Shown here piece after piece: positions 11,143 to 20,305 of a DNA stretch of 64,000 bases. The notes beneath the pieces are model-generated. The model saw only the letters and a list, made by a program, of their open reading frames with translations, had not been told where the DNA came from and made no database searches. The stretch is taken from the NCBI GenBank assembly GCA_965279375.1, contig OZ257156.1, forward strand, positions 1,152,001-1,216,000. The letters are read 5' to 3'. The translations under genes and the position numbers were made by a program. Source of the stretch: Gemmatimonas sp. GTDB taxonomy: Bacteria > Gemmatimonadota > Gemmatimonadetes > Gemmatimonadales > Gemmatimonadaceae. Each line of letters starts with the position of its first letter. Position 1 is the first letter of the stretch.

Positions 11143-11718
11143 CTACCCCGGAACGGCGCGCGCGGGCAGCGTGGACCGGATCGCAGGCTCGGCCGCCAGC
11201 TCAGCGGCACTGTCCACCAGAAACCGCTCCACCTCTGCGGACGATCGCAGTCGCACCACACGCTGCCCTCGCTCGAGGTTGGACAGCAGCGCCAACACGC
11301 TCGGCCGGCGGTCGATCGGATAGCGCCAGATCCACCAGAGGAACGCGAAACTGAATCGCTCGGGACAGCCCGGTGTCATGTCCGGTCGCGAGCGCCCGCG
11401 GAACCGCGCGTAGCGACGCAGCACGCGCGCGAGACACACCCATCGCGACAGGTCGAGGAACACAACCGTATCGCAGGCCGCCAACCGCTGGGACATCGTG
11501 CCGCCGTAGTTGCCATCCATCACCCAGCGCGGTTCCGCCACGAGCTGCTCGACGGTCGTCGCCCATTCTGCCTTGGGCGTCTCCTCCCAACCGGGCTTCC
11601 AGTAGCACGCGTCGAGGTGCACCAGCGGCAGCCCTGTCAGCTCGGCCAGCTGAGCGGCCGTCGTGGATTTGCCAGCACCGCCGGAGCCGATGACGAGCAC
11701 GCGCTGCATCGGCGCCAT
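11143..11718 (-). CDS. P-loop adenylate-kinase-like protein (FlaR/topology modulation family)
   Basis: RVLVIGSGGAGKST, HLD..YWKPGW, WVMDGNY and GCPE motifs. Confidence 0.85.
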   Translation of the reverse strand: MAPMQRVLVIGSGGAGKSTTAAQLAELTGLPLVHLDACYWKPGWEETPKAEWATTVEQLVAEPRWVMDGNYGGTMSQRLAACDTVVFLDLSRWVCLARVLRRYARFRGRSRPDMTPGCPERFSFAFLWWIWRYPIDRRPSVLALLSNLERGQRVVRLRSSAEVERFLVDSAAELAAEPAIRSTLPARAVPG

Positions 11719-11741
11719 GTGGTCAGTCACCCGCGCATCCG

Positions 11742-12329
11742 TTACGCCTTCGCGCCCTGCACCCACGCACGCAGTTCGGCGAACAGCGCGATCAAATCAC
11801 CCAGTTGGTGATTGGCATTGAGCCCACTCGGACTCGGCAGCACCCACAGCGCGCTCGACGCGATGCGCTCGGGCTGCAAGCCCAACGCCGCCTTCGGTCG
11901 AGCGAACGCCGTGCGATACGCCCCGATGCCGAGGAACGCCACCACGCGCGGCGCATGCTGCGTCACCACCCGCGTGAGCCGCTCGCCGCCACGCACGAAC
12001 TCTTCGGCGGAGACCTCTGCCGCCGTCGCCGACGTGCGCTCCACCATGTTGGTAATGCCGATGCCGATCGAGAGCAGCTCGTGCTCTTCCCACGGCGAGA
12101 ACAGTCGAGGCGTGAGGCCCGCTCCGTGCAACGCCGGCCAGAAGCGATTGCCAGGACGGCCGAAATGATGACCGATGGCGGCGGTGTAGAGCCCGGGGTT
12201 GATGCCGCAGAACAACACGTCCAACCCATCGGCGATGAGATCGGGCACGGTCAGGTTGACCGCCGCCGCCAGCTCGGCTTTGGTGGGCTTGAAGGGTCCG
12301 TCGCGACGCGCGGGCACCGTTGGCGTCAT
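11742..12329 (-). CDS. mug: G/U mismatch-specific DNA glycosylase
   Basis: FCGINPG, HF..PGNRFW and LPSPSGLN motifs; ATGA overlap with mutS. Confidence 0.92.
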   Translation of the reverse strand: MTPTVPARRDGPFKPTKAELAAAVNLTVPDLIADGLDVLFCGINPGLYTAAIGHHFGRPGNRFWPALHGAGLTPRLFSPWEEHELLSIGIGITNMVERTSATAAEVSAEEFVRGGERLTRVVTQHAPRVVAFLGIGAYRTAFARPKAALGLQPERIASSALWVLPSPSGLNANHQLGDLIALFAELRAWVQGAKA

Positions 12330-15049
12330 GAGGAGAGCGTCTTCTTGAGCGCCGCGAGCGCGGTCAACGCCTGCATCGGCGTCATCTCGTCCGGCTCGAG
12401 CGCGGACACCGCGTCGGCCAGCTGCGCATGCGCCGGATCCACCGGTGCGGCTGCGGGCGCCTCGCCAAAGAAGCCCAACTGCGCCACCGGCCCCGTGGGA
12501 GAGAGCTTCATGCGCGGTCCTTTGCGCGTCGCACTCTTGGGCGCCACAAAGCCTTCCGCGGTTAAACGCGCCGCCATCTGCGCGCCCTCGCCTTCCAACA
12601 GCGCCAGCACTTCTTTCGCACGCGCAATCACTGGCGCGGGCAAGCCGGCCAAGCGCCCAACTTCGATGCCGTACGACCGATCCGCACCACCCGGAATCAG
12701 CGTGTGCAGAAACAGCACCTGATCGCCCACTTCACGCACCGCCACGGTGAAGTTCCGCACGCCGGGCAGCTCGTTCGCCAGCTGCGTGAGCTCATGATAG
12801 TGCGTCGCAAACACCGTCTTGCACCCAATCGCATCGTGCAGATGTTCGCTCACGCTCCACGCAATCGATACACCGTCGTATGTGCTCGTGCCGCGCCCGA
12901 TTTCATCGAGTAACACGAGCGAGCGCTTGGTCGCCGTGTGCAGAATCGCACTCGTCTCGCTCATCTCCACCATGAACGTCGACTGGCCGCGCACGAGATT
13001 GTCGCTCGCGCCCACACGCGTGAACAAGCGATCGGCGATGGGCAGCTTGGCGCGACGCGCCGGCACGTACGAACCCACCTGCGCGATCAACTGAATGAGC
13101 CCGATCTGCCGCAGAATGGTGCTCTTGCCGGCCATGTTGGGACCGGTCAGCACGATGAGCTGCGCATCCGACGTCAGCAGCAAGTCGTTGGGGATGAACT
13201 TCTCGCGCGCCATCATCCGCTCCACCACGGGATGCCGCCCGCCCACGATCTCCATATCGAAGCCGTCGTGCAGCTCCGGACGCGCGTACTGCTCGCGCTC
13301 CGCGACTTCCGCAAACGCGCCCAGCACGTCGATGGTGGCCACGCGCCGCGCCACCGCCTGCCACCGCGCAATCGCCACGCCTGCTTCGCGCCGCAGCGCT
13401 TCAAACAGCTCGCGTTCGCGAATCTCGATGCGCTCCCCCGCCGTCAGCACCTTCTCCTCGTACGACTTGAGCGCCGGCGTCACATAACGCTCGGCACCCG
13501 TGAGCGTTTGCCGACGCTGATAGTCGTCGGGCACGAGATGCTTGTTCGCGTTGGAGATTTCGAGATAGTACCCGAACACGCGATTGAAGCCGACCTTGAG
13601 CGACGTGATACCGGTGCGCGCGCGCTCTTCGTTCTGGATGTGCGCAATCGCATCCTTGCCACCATCACGCAGCGCACGCATCTCGTCGAGCTCTGCATCC
13701 ACGCCGGGCGCGATGGTGTCTTCTTCGCCAATCGCCAGCGGCGGACGCTCCACCAGCATGCGCGTGAGGCGTTCGGCGCAATCGGTGCCGTCGTCCCAAT
13801 CGTCCAGCAGCGCGCCAAGCAATCCGCCAATCGCGTTGCCCTGCGCGGCATGCTCCAGCACCGCACGCGCCGTCTGCGCCACACGCGGTAGCCGCGCCAG
13901 TGAATCACCCAGCGCGCGCAACTCACGCGGCGTCGCACGCGAAGCGGCTGCCTTGCTGGCCAAGCGCTCCACATCGCGCACGCCATCCAGCGCTTCGCGC
14001 AGCGCCGAACGCCCCACGGCATCGCGCACCAGCACCGTCACCGCATTCAGTCGACGCTCGATGGCTTCCCGCTCGAGCAACGGCGCCAACAACCACTGAC
14101 GCAGCAGTCGCTGTCCCATCGGCGTGACGGTGCGATCGAACACCGACAACAGTGTTCCCGCGATCTCGCCACCGCGCAGCGATTCCACCAACTCGAGATT
14201 GCGACGCGTCATCTCATCGAGCGGCATCACGCCGCCCGGGCGTTCCACGATTGGACGCGCGAGATGCGGAAGGCCACCGGGCTGCAACTCGCGCAGATAG
14301 CGGAGCAGTGCACCTGCTGCTCCAGTCGCGGCGCCGTCGCTCTGTCCGAGTCCAAATCCATCCAGGCCGCGCACATCGAACTGACGGGCGAGATCGTCGG
14401 CCGCGAGCTGTGCATCGAACTCCCAGCCGTCGCGCTCGGTCACCATCGCGCCGTCTACCGCTTGAGTCACCATCGCCATCGTCGCTTCATCGGCGCCACG
14501 CACGAGCAGCAGCTCGCGCGGCGCCAAACGCGCCAACAGCGCCGGCGCATCCATCGCCGACACGAGCGCGAGACGCAATTCACCCGTGGATAGATCCGCT
14601 GCCGCAATGCCGATCTGCGTGCGATCGCCGTCACGCGCGGTGTCACGTCCAGTCGCGACGGCACACACGTAGTTGGCACGCGCGCCGTCGAGCATGTCGT
14701 CCGCAAACACGGCGCCCGGCGTGATCGTCTCCACCACTTCGCGCCGCACGATCCCCTTGGCCAGCTTGGGATCTTCCACCTGCTCGCACACAGCCACACG
14801 ATGACCGTGTCCCACGAGACGGCGCAGATACTCCGCCGCCGCCTTCACGGGAATGCCTGCCAGCGGCACCTCGCTCGCGCCGCCGTTGTTGCGCGAGGTG
14901 AGCGTCAAGCCGAGCACACGCGATGCGGTTTCCGCATCGTCGTAGAACATCTCGTAGAAGTCACCCATGCGGAAAAACAGGATCGCATCCTGATGACGCG
15001 CCTTGATCTCCCGGTACTGCTGCATCAACGGTGTCGCAGTTCCACTCAC
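12326..15049 (-). CDS. mutS: DNA mismatch repair protein MutS
   Basis: TPLMQQY, FRMGDFYEMF, TGPNMAGKS, DEIGRGTST and FATHYHEL motifs; C-terminal clamp motif QLGFF at 12467-12481. Confidence 0.98.
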   Translation of the reverse strand: MSGTATPLMQQYREIKARHQDAILFFRMGDFYEMFYDDAETASRVLGLTLTSRNNGGASEVPLAGIPVKAAAEYLRRLVGHGHRVAVCEQVEDPKLAKGIVRREVVETITPGAVFADDMLDGARANYVCAVATGRDTARDGDRTQIGIAAADLSTGELRLALVSAMDAPALLARLAPRELLLVRGADEATMAMVTQAVDGAMVTERDGWEFDAQLAADDLARQFDVRGLDGFGLGQSDGAATGAAGALLRYLRELQPGGLPHLARPIVERPGGVMPLDEMTRRNLELVESLRGGEIAGTLLSVFDRTVTPMGQRLLRQWLLAPLLEREAIERRLNAVTVLVRDAVGRSALREALDGVRDVERLASKAAASRATPRELRALGDSLARLPRVAQTARAVLEHAAQGNAIGGLLGALLDDWDDGTDCAERLTRMLVERPPLAIGEEDTIAPGVDAELDEMRALRDGGKDAIAHIQNEERARTGITSLKVGFNRVFGYYLEISNANKHLVPDDYQRRQTLTGAERYVTPALKSYEEKVLTAGERIEIRERELFEALRREAGVAIARWQAVARRVATIDVLGAFAEVAEREQYARPELHDGFDMEIVGGRHPVVERMMAREKFIPNDLLLTSDAQLIVLTGPNMAGKSTILRQIGLIQLIAQVGSYVPARRAKLPIADRLFTRVGASDNLVRGQSTFMVEMSETSAILHTATKRSLVLLDEIGRGTSTYDGVSIAWSVSEHLHDAIGCKTVFATHYHELTQLANELPGVRNFTVAVREVGDQVLFLHTLIPGGADRSYGIEVGRLAGLPAPVIARAKEVLALLEGEGAQMAARLTAEGFVAPKSATRKGPRMKLSPTGPVAQLGFFGEAPAAAPVDPAHAQLADAVSALEPDEMTPMQALTALAALKKTLSS

Positions 15050-16110
15050 GGCGTCAGTACCACCACAAACCCCTTTTGCCCCTGTTTCTGCAATCGCGCC
15101 AACGCTGCCGTCGCTTCCGCGCGCGTTTCGTAGTAGCCCACGCGCACCCGATAGGGCGCCGCGTCACTGTCGTTGTGCGCATCGAGTCCGCGTGCCTGCA
15201 ACCGCTTCACCGTGGACTCGGCCTGTTCCTGCGTATCGAATGCCGCAATCTGCACACTGAAGCGCCCAGTGCCGGATCCCGCGGCAGAGCGTGCCGACGT
15301 CGACTCCGGCGCGGGTGCACGCTCCGAGCCCGTTCGCTCGACTGGCGCGATCGGTGTCGGTGGCTGTGGCTTCGACGGCGCGACTTCGGCTGTCTTGGGT
15401 GCGGCCGCGGCGCGCCCTCCCACGGCAGTCTCGCGTGCGCACCGCGCCTGCAGCTCCTCAGCCTGCAACTGCAGCTCACCGGCGGGCAGTGTGGCCGCCT
15501 GCATGCCCGACAGCGCGCGGCACGCACGCGTGAGGTCGCGCTCGTCGAAGTAGCTGCGCACAATCCACAGCGTAGCCTTGGGACGTTCGCTCACGCCGCT
15601 ATAGTCACGCAGCAGACGCTCCAGGTACGTGCGTGCACCGGCCGGATGCCCGCGCACCATCTCCAACTCACCCAAACGCAGCAGTGCCGTCGGCACACGC
15701 GGTGACAGCGGAACGTCCACAATGATGCGCTTCCAATCGCGCTCTGCATCCGCCGCACGCTCGCCAAGCACCGCGCGCCAATAGAGCCCATCTGCGAGAT
15801 CACCCGGCTCATTGGCCGAGGCAATCACCAACGAGTCGAGGAGCGCACGAGAGGCAGCGCCTTTGCCGGCGTCCACCAGCGCACGCGCGCGCGCAATCAC
15901 CGCTCGTGCCTCCGCATTGGCCGTCGGCCCGTTGATGCGCGCACTGTCGGTGCCTGATGCGGACTGCGCCCGTGCGCCTGTCGGCGACAGGAAAGCCAAC
16001 ACACTCCCGAGTACAGCCGCGACCAGTGCGCGTCCGCGGCGCGTCATGCCAATCTGGTTAACGTGCAGTTGCATTCGTCGCATCACGAGAGGCATCGGTG
16101 GCGTCATCAC
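15046..16110 (-). CDS. TPR plus SPOR domain protein
   Basis: Signal peptide, TPR-like helices, Pro-rich linker, C-terminal FSVQIAAF...YRVRVG SPOR motif; start overlaps the holA stop. Confidence 0.8.
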   Translation of the reverse strand: MMTPPMPLVMRRMQLHVNQIGMTRRGRALVAAVLGSVLAFLSPTGARAQSASGTDSARINGPTANAEARAVIARARALVDAGKGAASRALLDSLVIASANEPGDLADGLYWRAVLGERAADAERDWKRIIVDVPLSPRVPTALLRLGELEMVRGHPAGARTYLERLLRDYSGVSERPKATLWIVRSYFDERDLTRACRALSGMQAATLPAGELQLQAEELQARCARETAVGGRAAAAPKTAEVAPSKPQPPTPIAPVERTGSERAPAPESTSARSAAGSGTGRFSVQIAAFDTQEQAESTVKRLQARGLDAHNDSDAAPYRVRVGYYETRAEATAALARLQKQGQKGFVVVLTP

Positions 16111-17219
16111 GCGGCCTTGCGCCCGCGTCCGCCGAGCGCGCACAACGCCAGCACCAGCGACATCACCACCTGTTCGGCAGTCGACACGGTCGTTTCCTTG
16201 AGCGCGATATCCGCCTCCAGCAGCAGCTCGAGCGCGCGATCGCACGCCGCCGCGCTCCATCGATCGGTGACCTTGGTCCACGCCGACGCCGCTTCGCCCC
16301 ACGGCCGCCCCGGGTAACCACCCGTTTCCTTCAAGAAGGCAAAGAACTCGCTCGGCAGGCGGCTCGTGGGAATCCCCGCATCTCGACGCGCGCGACCGAA
16401 CGCCAGCGCAAACGCCTGCGTGCTGAGCATCATCACCACCTGCACGCCCGTCACCTTGGGTTGACCGAGCACGTGGCCCACGAGCGCGACCGCGCGCGCC
16501 GCGTCCTGCGCCGCAACGGCGTCGAGGAGGTCAGTCACCGTCTCGCCACGACGCACACCGACCACCGCAGCAACGGCGTCCGCATCGATCACCGCCGCAG
16601 CACCACTCTCGGCGTCGTGCGCACCCAGCACGTAGCTGGCGCACTTGTCCAACTCCGCAGCGAGCAGCAGCAGATCGTTTCCCACCGATTGCTGCAACAG
16701 CGCCGCGGCATCATCGGCCACGCCAATCGACAGCACTGTGCTCGCGTGATGCGCGATCCACTTGCGGACGCGCTCGGGCGACAACGGCTCGAAATCGAGC
16801 ACGATGGATTGCGACGAAAGCGCGGCGTCGATCTTGGTGCCCGCGGGACTCACCAGCAGCAGCAGCGTGTCGCTGGCCGGACGTTTGAGATAGGCGTCGA
16901 GCTGCTGACGCGCTCCCTTCTTGAGCGCTGTCACATCGCGCAGCACCATCGCCCGTCGTTCGGCAAGCATTGGTGGTGTGGCCAGCAGGCTGCCGAGCGT
17001 TTCCGCATCGAGATCGCTCGCACGGCGCACTTCACAGTTGAAGTCGCGCGTGGACGGATCGATCGCCGCTTCGAGCAGATCGTGCAGCGCGCCATCCTTC
17101 AGGAAATCATCGTCGCCGCAGAGGTAGTACACCGGCGCGAACGAGCGCGATTGCACGGCAGCCTGCACCACGCGCAGTGGCGACGCTTCTCGGGGCACGG
17201 CGGCAGGACGGGGAGGCAT
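16107..17219 (-). CDS. holA: DNA polymerase III subunit delta
   Basis: APVYYLCGDDDFL, DFN, TPPMLAERR, VGNDL...ELDK and C-terminal LLEADIALK motifs. Confidence 0.9.
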   Translation of the reverse strand: MPPRPAAVPREASPLRVVQAAVQSRSFAPVYYLCGDDDFLKDGALHDLLEAAIDPSTRDFNCEVRRASDLDAETLGSLLATPPMLAERRAMVLRDVTALKKGARQQLDAYLKRPASDTLLLLVSPAGTKIDAALSSQSIVLDFEPLSPERVRKWIAHHASTVLSIGVADDAAALLQQSVGNDLLLLAAELDKCASYVLGAHDAESGAAAVIDADAVAAVVGVRRGETVTDLLDAVAAQDAARAVALVGHVLGQPKVTGVQVVMMLSTQAFALAFGRARRDAGIPTSRLPSEFFAFLKETGGYPGRPWGEAASAWTKVTDRWSAAACDRALELLLEADIALKETTVSTAEQVVMSLVLALCALGGRGRKAA

Positions 17220-17257
17220 GGCGATAAGATAACCGCTCCCCGCGAACGGCTATGAGT

Positions 17258-17285
17258 GCACTGCGACGAGCGCACTGCGACGAGC
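17258..17285. repeat. 14-bp tandem duplication (GCACTGCGACGAGC x2)
   Basis: Read directly from the intergenic sequence. Confidence 0.9.
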
Positions 17286-17313
17286 GCGGGACTACTGCTC
17301 GACCGCCAACGGC

Positions 17314-17904
17314 TTAGCGGCTATCCGTGACGAGATGCAGGTCGCTGCTGCCAAACTGCGACGGTACCTCGTCGATGATCATTGCCGCTGGCCACACAGG
17401 ATTGCCGGTGGACATCGCACCGATCAGCGCGGGCGAGTAGTACGGCGCGGGCGAAACGGGCGTCACGACTGACGGCTGCGACGCAATCACGGGCTGGATG
17501 GAGAGTTCAGGTGCAGCCGTGGCGGTGAACCCGCGCCAGAGCATCGTGCCGATCACGGCGCCGGCTGCGACCGCAGCGAGGGCTCGCGGAGACTTGAGCA
17601 GCGGGGCGGCGCTGTGAACGCGATCGGTGCCAGCCGATATGCCCCGTGCTCCTGCCACATGCCGTTCTGCAGCGACCTGTTCGCGACAGGTTGCCAATCG
17701 CTGTCGCAGTCGTGCCTGAAATTCTTCCGAGGGAGCGATGGTCGGCATACTCCGCGCAATCATCAGCGAGCGCCGAACCAGTGTGTCATGCGCCGCGCAT
17801 CCATCACAGGACATGATGTGCTGCTGGGCAGCGCGGGTCAGGTCACCCGACAGCGTATCGTCGAGGTAGGCCAGGTGATGTTTGCGGAACGCTCTGCAGT
17901 CCAT
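17314..17904 (-). CDS. Zinc-binding (zf-HC2) membrane anti-sigma factor
   Basis: MDC...YLD...HxxxCxxC motif, one TM segment, directly downstream of an ECF sigma. Confidence 0.85.
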   Translation of the reverse strand: MDCRAFRKHHLAYLDDTLSGDLTRAAQQHIMSCDGCAAHDTLVRRSLMIARSMPTIAPSEEFQARLRQRLATCREQVAAERHVAGARGISAGTDRVHSAAPLLKSPRALAAVAAGAVIGTMLWRGFTATAAPELSIQPVIASQPSVVTPVSPAPYYSPALIGAMSTGNPVWPAAMIIDEVPSQFGSSDLHLVTDSR

Positions 17905-17961
17905 CGGTACAGGGTCGGGGAGGCTCGTCCGTCACAGCGATGTATCCGAAGCTGGACAAAC

Positions 17962-17987
17962 ATACCCGCCCGTACGCAACCGGTTCC
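17962..17987 (-). promoter_or_regulatory. Possible ECF-type promoter for the anti-sigma gene
   Basis: Minus strand reads GGAACC-N16-GTAT. Confidence 0.35.
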
Positions 17988-18027
17988 GGCAGCGTTCGGC
18001 TGGGCCGACGCTGCCGGAAAATGGGCC

Positions 18028-18053
18028 GCCGACCCGGGGAAACCCGGGCCGGC
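18028..18053 (-). terminator. GC-rich hairpin between sigma and anti-sigma genes
   Basis: GCCGGCCCGGG-TTTC-CCCGGGTCGGC, followed by a weak U-tract (CATTTT). Confidence 0.45.
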
Positions 18054-18076
18054 GCGCCTCGAACTGTGTGGACTCC

Positions 18077-18718
18077 TTAGCGAACCAGCGGCGCGATGAT
18101 GTCCGCGAACGCGGTCCGGGCCCGGTTCAACCGCGACTTCACGGTGCCCAGGTTCACGCCGGTGATTTCGGCGATTTCCTCGTACGACTTCCCCTCGAGC
18201 TCACGCAGCACGAACACCTCACGGTGGTGGCCCGGCAGCTTGCTCACCGACTGCTCCACCATCTCCTTCAGGTGCCGCTTCCGGTACAGGTCGTCCGGGC
18301 GCGTGTGCACGTCCTCGAACTGCAGAGGGCGATCCTCGTCCTCGAACTTGGCCTTGATGGCCTGAAAGAGCACCAGCGGGTTACGCGAGCGGTTGCGCAG
18401 CTCGTTCTTGGCCAGATTCGACGCGATGGTGTAGATCCACGTCGAGAACTTCTTGGAGCGGTCGAAGCGTCCGATGTGGCGGTAAACGCGGATGAAGACT
18501 TCCTGCACCAGGTCTTCTGCGCGGTCACGGTCGCCGATCGTGCGGTAGACGAAGTTGAGCAGGCGCCCCTGATACCGGTCGACCAGCTCTTCGAACGCCC
18601 GCTCCTCGCCATCGAGGAAGGCCGACACGACCTCGCCGTCTTCCAGCGTCCGCAGATGTTCGCGGACCGGGACGGTCTTGGTCTGGTTGGTCAGGTGCGT
18701 ACGAGCCAGTGCGGCCAT
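18077..18718 (-). CDS. ECF RNA polymerase sigma factor (RpoE/SigW-like)
   Basis: AEDLVQEVF, FSTWIYTIA and SYEEIAEI...GTVKSRLNRAR motifs; strong RBS AGGAGG before ATG 18718. Confidence 0.95.
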   Translation of the reverse strand: MAALARTHLTNQTKTVPVREHLRTLEDGEVVSAFLDGEERAFEELVDRYQGRLLNFVYRTIGDRDRAEDLVQEVFIRVYRHIGRFDRSKKFSTWIYTIASNLAKNELRNRSRNPLVLFQAIKAKFEDEDRPLQFEDVHTRPDDLYRKRHLKEMVEQSVSKLPGHHREVFVLRELEGKSYEEIAEITGVNLGTVKSRLNRARTAFADIIAPLVR

Positions 18719-18824
18719 GGGTGAAGCCCTCCTCCTGCGGTGACACGAACCAAGGGGCTCGTGGCGCGTCCAGTCGAGATGCCGGGCGATCCGGCATACC
18801 ATCACGTCGCGCAGGATGTCGTAG

Positions 18825-18840
18825 TGCACACCGCGTGCCG
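18825..18840 (-). promoter_or_regulatory. Putative sigma54 (-24/-12) promoter upstream of the ECF sigma gene
   Basis: Minus strand CGGCACG-CGGT-GTGCA with exact GG-N10-GC spacing. Confidence 0.55.
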
Positions 18841-18953
18841 TTGGGAACCTGACGGAACATTCGCGCGCAAATGAATACGCCACAGCGTGTTAGCTGGATG
18901 CATCCCGCGTCACCCTTCCTCACCGGTCGAGCGCGAGCGACGTCAGCTTCTCG

Positions 18954-18992
18954 AAAAGAGGACACGCCAAGGGGACACTCCCCCTGTCGTGT
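18954..18992 (-). terminator. Putative intrinsic terminator after the Nudix gene
   Basis: ACACGACAGGGGGA-GTG-TCCCCTTGGCGTGT stem followed by CCTCTTTT. Confidence 0.45.
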
Positions 18993-19064
18993 TGACGGTC
19001 CTGCTCGTTCTACAACGCCGAGTCCGCTTGGCGGACAGATCCGCTGCGAGACACGGCGCTGCCG

Positions 19065-19613
19065 TCAGCTCATCCGGAAGCCAGCCGCAAAGAGAAGGGC
19101 CAGTGCCGTCTTGGCGTCCTGGATCTCCCCCTGCTCGATCATCGAAAGGGCACGGGAGAGCCGCGTGGGTACGAGCTCCATGAACTCGTCCGCCTCGCGC
19201 GCGCTGGCACCCGCCACCAATCCGGTCGCCAGGAAGAGATGGATCTTCTCGTCCGTGAAGCCCGGGGTGGTGAACATCGTGAACAGCGGTTCGACACGCG
19301 CCGCGCTGTAACCGGTTTCCTCTCGCAATTCACGTCGGGCACAGTCCAGCGGGGATTCCCCCGCATCCAGCCGTCCAGCCGGGATTTCGTACAAATAGCC
19401 GTCCGCCGCGTACCGATACTGCCGGATCAGCAGCACCTCGGGGTCCTCTGCCGTGGTGTCCAGCAGCGGCACAATCGCGCTCGCGCCCGGGTGCCGGATC
19501 ATCTCCAGCGACCCGATCGAGCCATCCGGGAAACGCACCTCATCCACGTCGAGCGAGATCACTCGGCCTTCGTACGCCCGCCGAGTGGAGACTTGCCCCG
19601 GACGCTCGCTCAC
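19065..19613 (-). CDS. Nudix hydrolase, ADP-ribose pyrophosphatase-like
   Basis: HPGA, QYRY, EIPAG and Nudix box ARRELREETG; GTG start overlaps the SET gene stop (GTGA). Confidence 0.9.
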   Translation of the reverse strand: MSERPGQVSTRRAYEGRVISLDVDEVRFPDGSIGSLEMIRHPGASAIVPLLDTTAEDPEVLLIRQYRYAADGYLYEIPAGRLDAGESPLDCARRELREETGYSAARVEPLFTMFTTPGFTDEKIHLFLATGLVAGASAREADEFMELVPTRLSRALSMIEQGEIQDAKTALALLFAAGFRMS

Positions 19614-20272
19614 GCGCGCGCCCGCTTGGCGGCCTTCTTGGTCCCGGTCTTCACCGCTTTCTTCGTGCGCTTGGTCGGCGCTTTGCGCGTCAGCTTCTTG
19701 GTGGCCTTCTTTGCCGTCTTCTTCGCCGTCTTCTTGCGCGGCTTCCGCGGCTTGGGGACGTCGTTGCCGGCGAGCCACTGCTTTACCGTCGGCCGCAGAT
19801 AGACCGGCACGCGCAAAATTGTCCCGCGGCACTTGGGCGATCCGCAACGGCAGGCGTAGTAGCGCACATCTTCCGGCTCGTACTCGTCCTGCCACTCGAA
19901 GCGGTAATCGTAGACTAGCTCCGTCTCCGGCTGGATTGCCTTGATCGCCTTGATCCAGATGTGGCCGTCATCGATCACCGTTTCGCAGTTGGGATCGCAT
20001 GCGTGATTGATGAAGCGAGCGTCGCTCCCCTGCTTCCGCGCGTCGAGCACGGTGTCGTCGTCGAGAATGAAGAGGAACGTGTGGTGGCGTCCGTCCGCGT
20101 CATCGTAGCGGCGATCGGCCTCCTCGTGCGTGATCGGCTCGCCCGTGTACTCGTCAATCCGCTGTCCCTTGCGGATGGGGCGGATGCAGAACGCACCGCG
20201 TCCCTGAATTTTCGATCGGCGCACTTCATACAGCGGCGACTTCGACGGCTTGGGCGACTTGGCTGGCGACAC
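19610..20272 (-). CDS. SET-domain lysine methyltransferase with post-SET cysteines and Lys-rich tail
   Basis: SKIQGRGAF, EYTGE, RFINHACDPN, ELVYDY and CRCGSPKCRG motifs. Confidence 0.92.
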   Translation of the reverse strand: MSPAKSPKPSKSPLYEVRRSKIQGRGAFCIRPIRKGQRIDEYTGEPITHEEADRRYDDADGRHHTFLFILDDDTVLDARKQGSDARFINHACDPNCETVIDDGHIWIKAIKAIQPETELVYDYRFEWQDEYEPEDVRYYACRCGSPKCRGTILRVPVYLRPTVKQWLAGNDVPKPRKPRKKTAKKTAKKATKKLTRKAPTKRTKKAVKTGTKKAAKRARA

Positions 20273-20305
20273 GTGGCGGGTCAGAAGGTGGAATGAATCG
20301 AAAGC

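Noticed and set aside
17258..17285. Tandem repeats as CRISPR or IS ends
   Set aside because: Only two adjacent copies, no spacers, and no cas or transposase genes.
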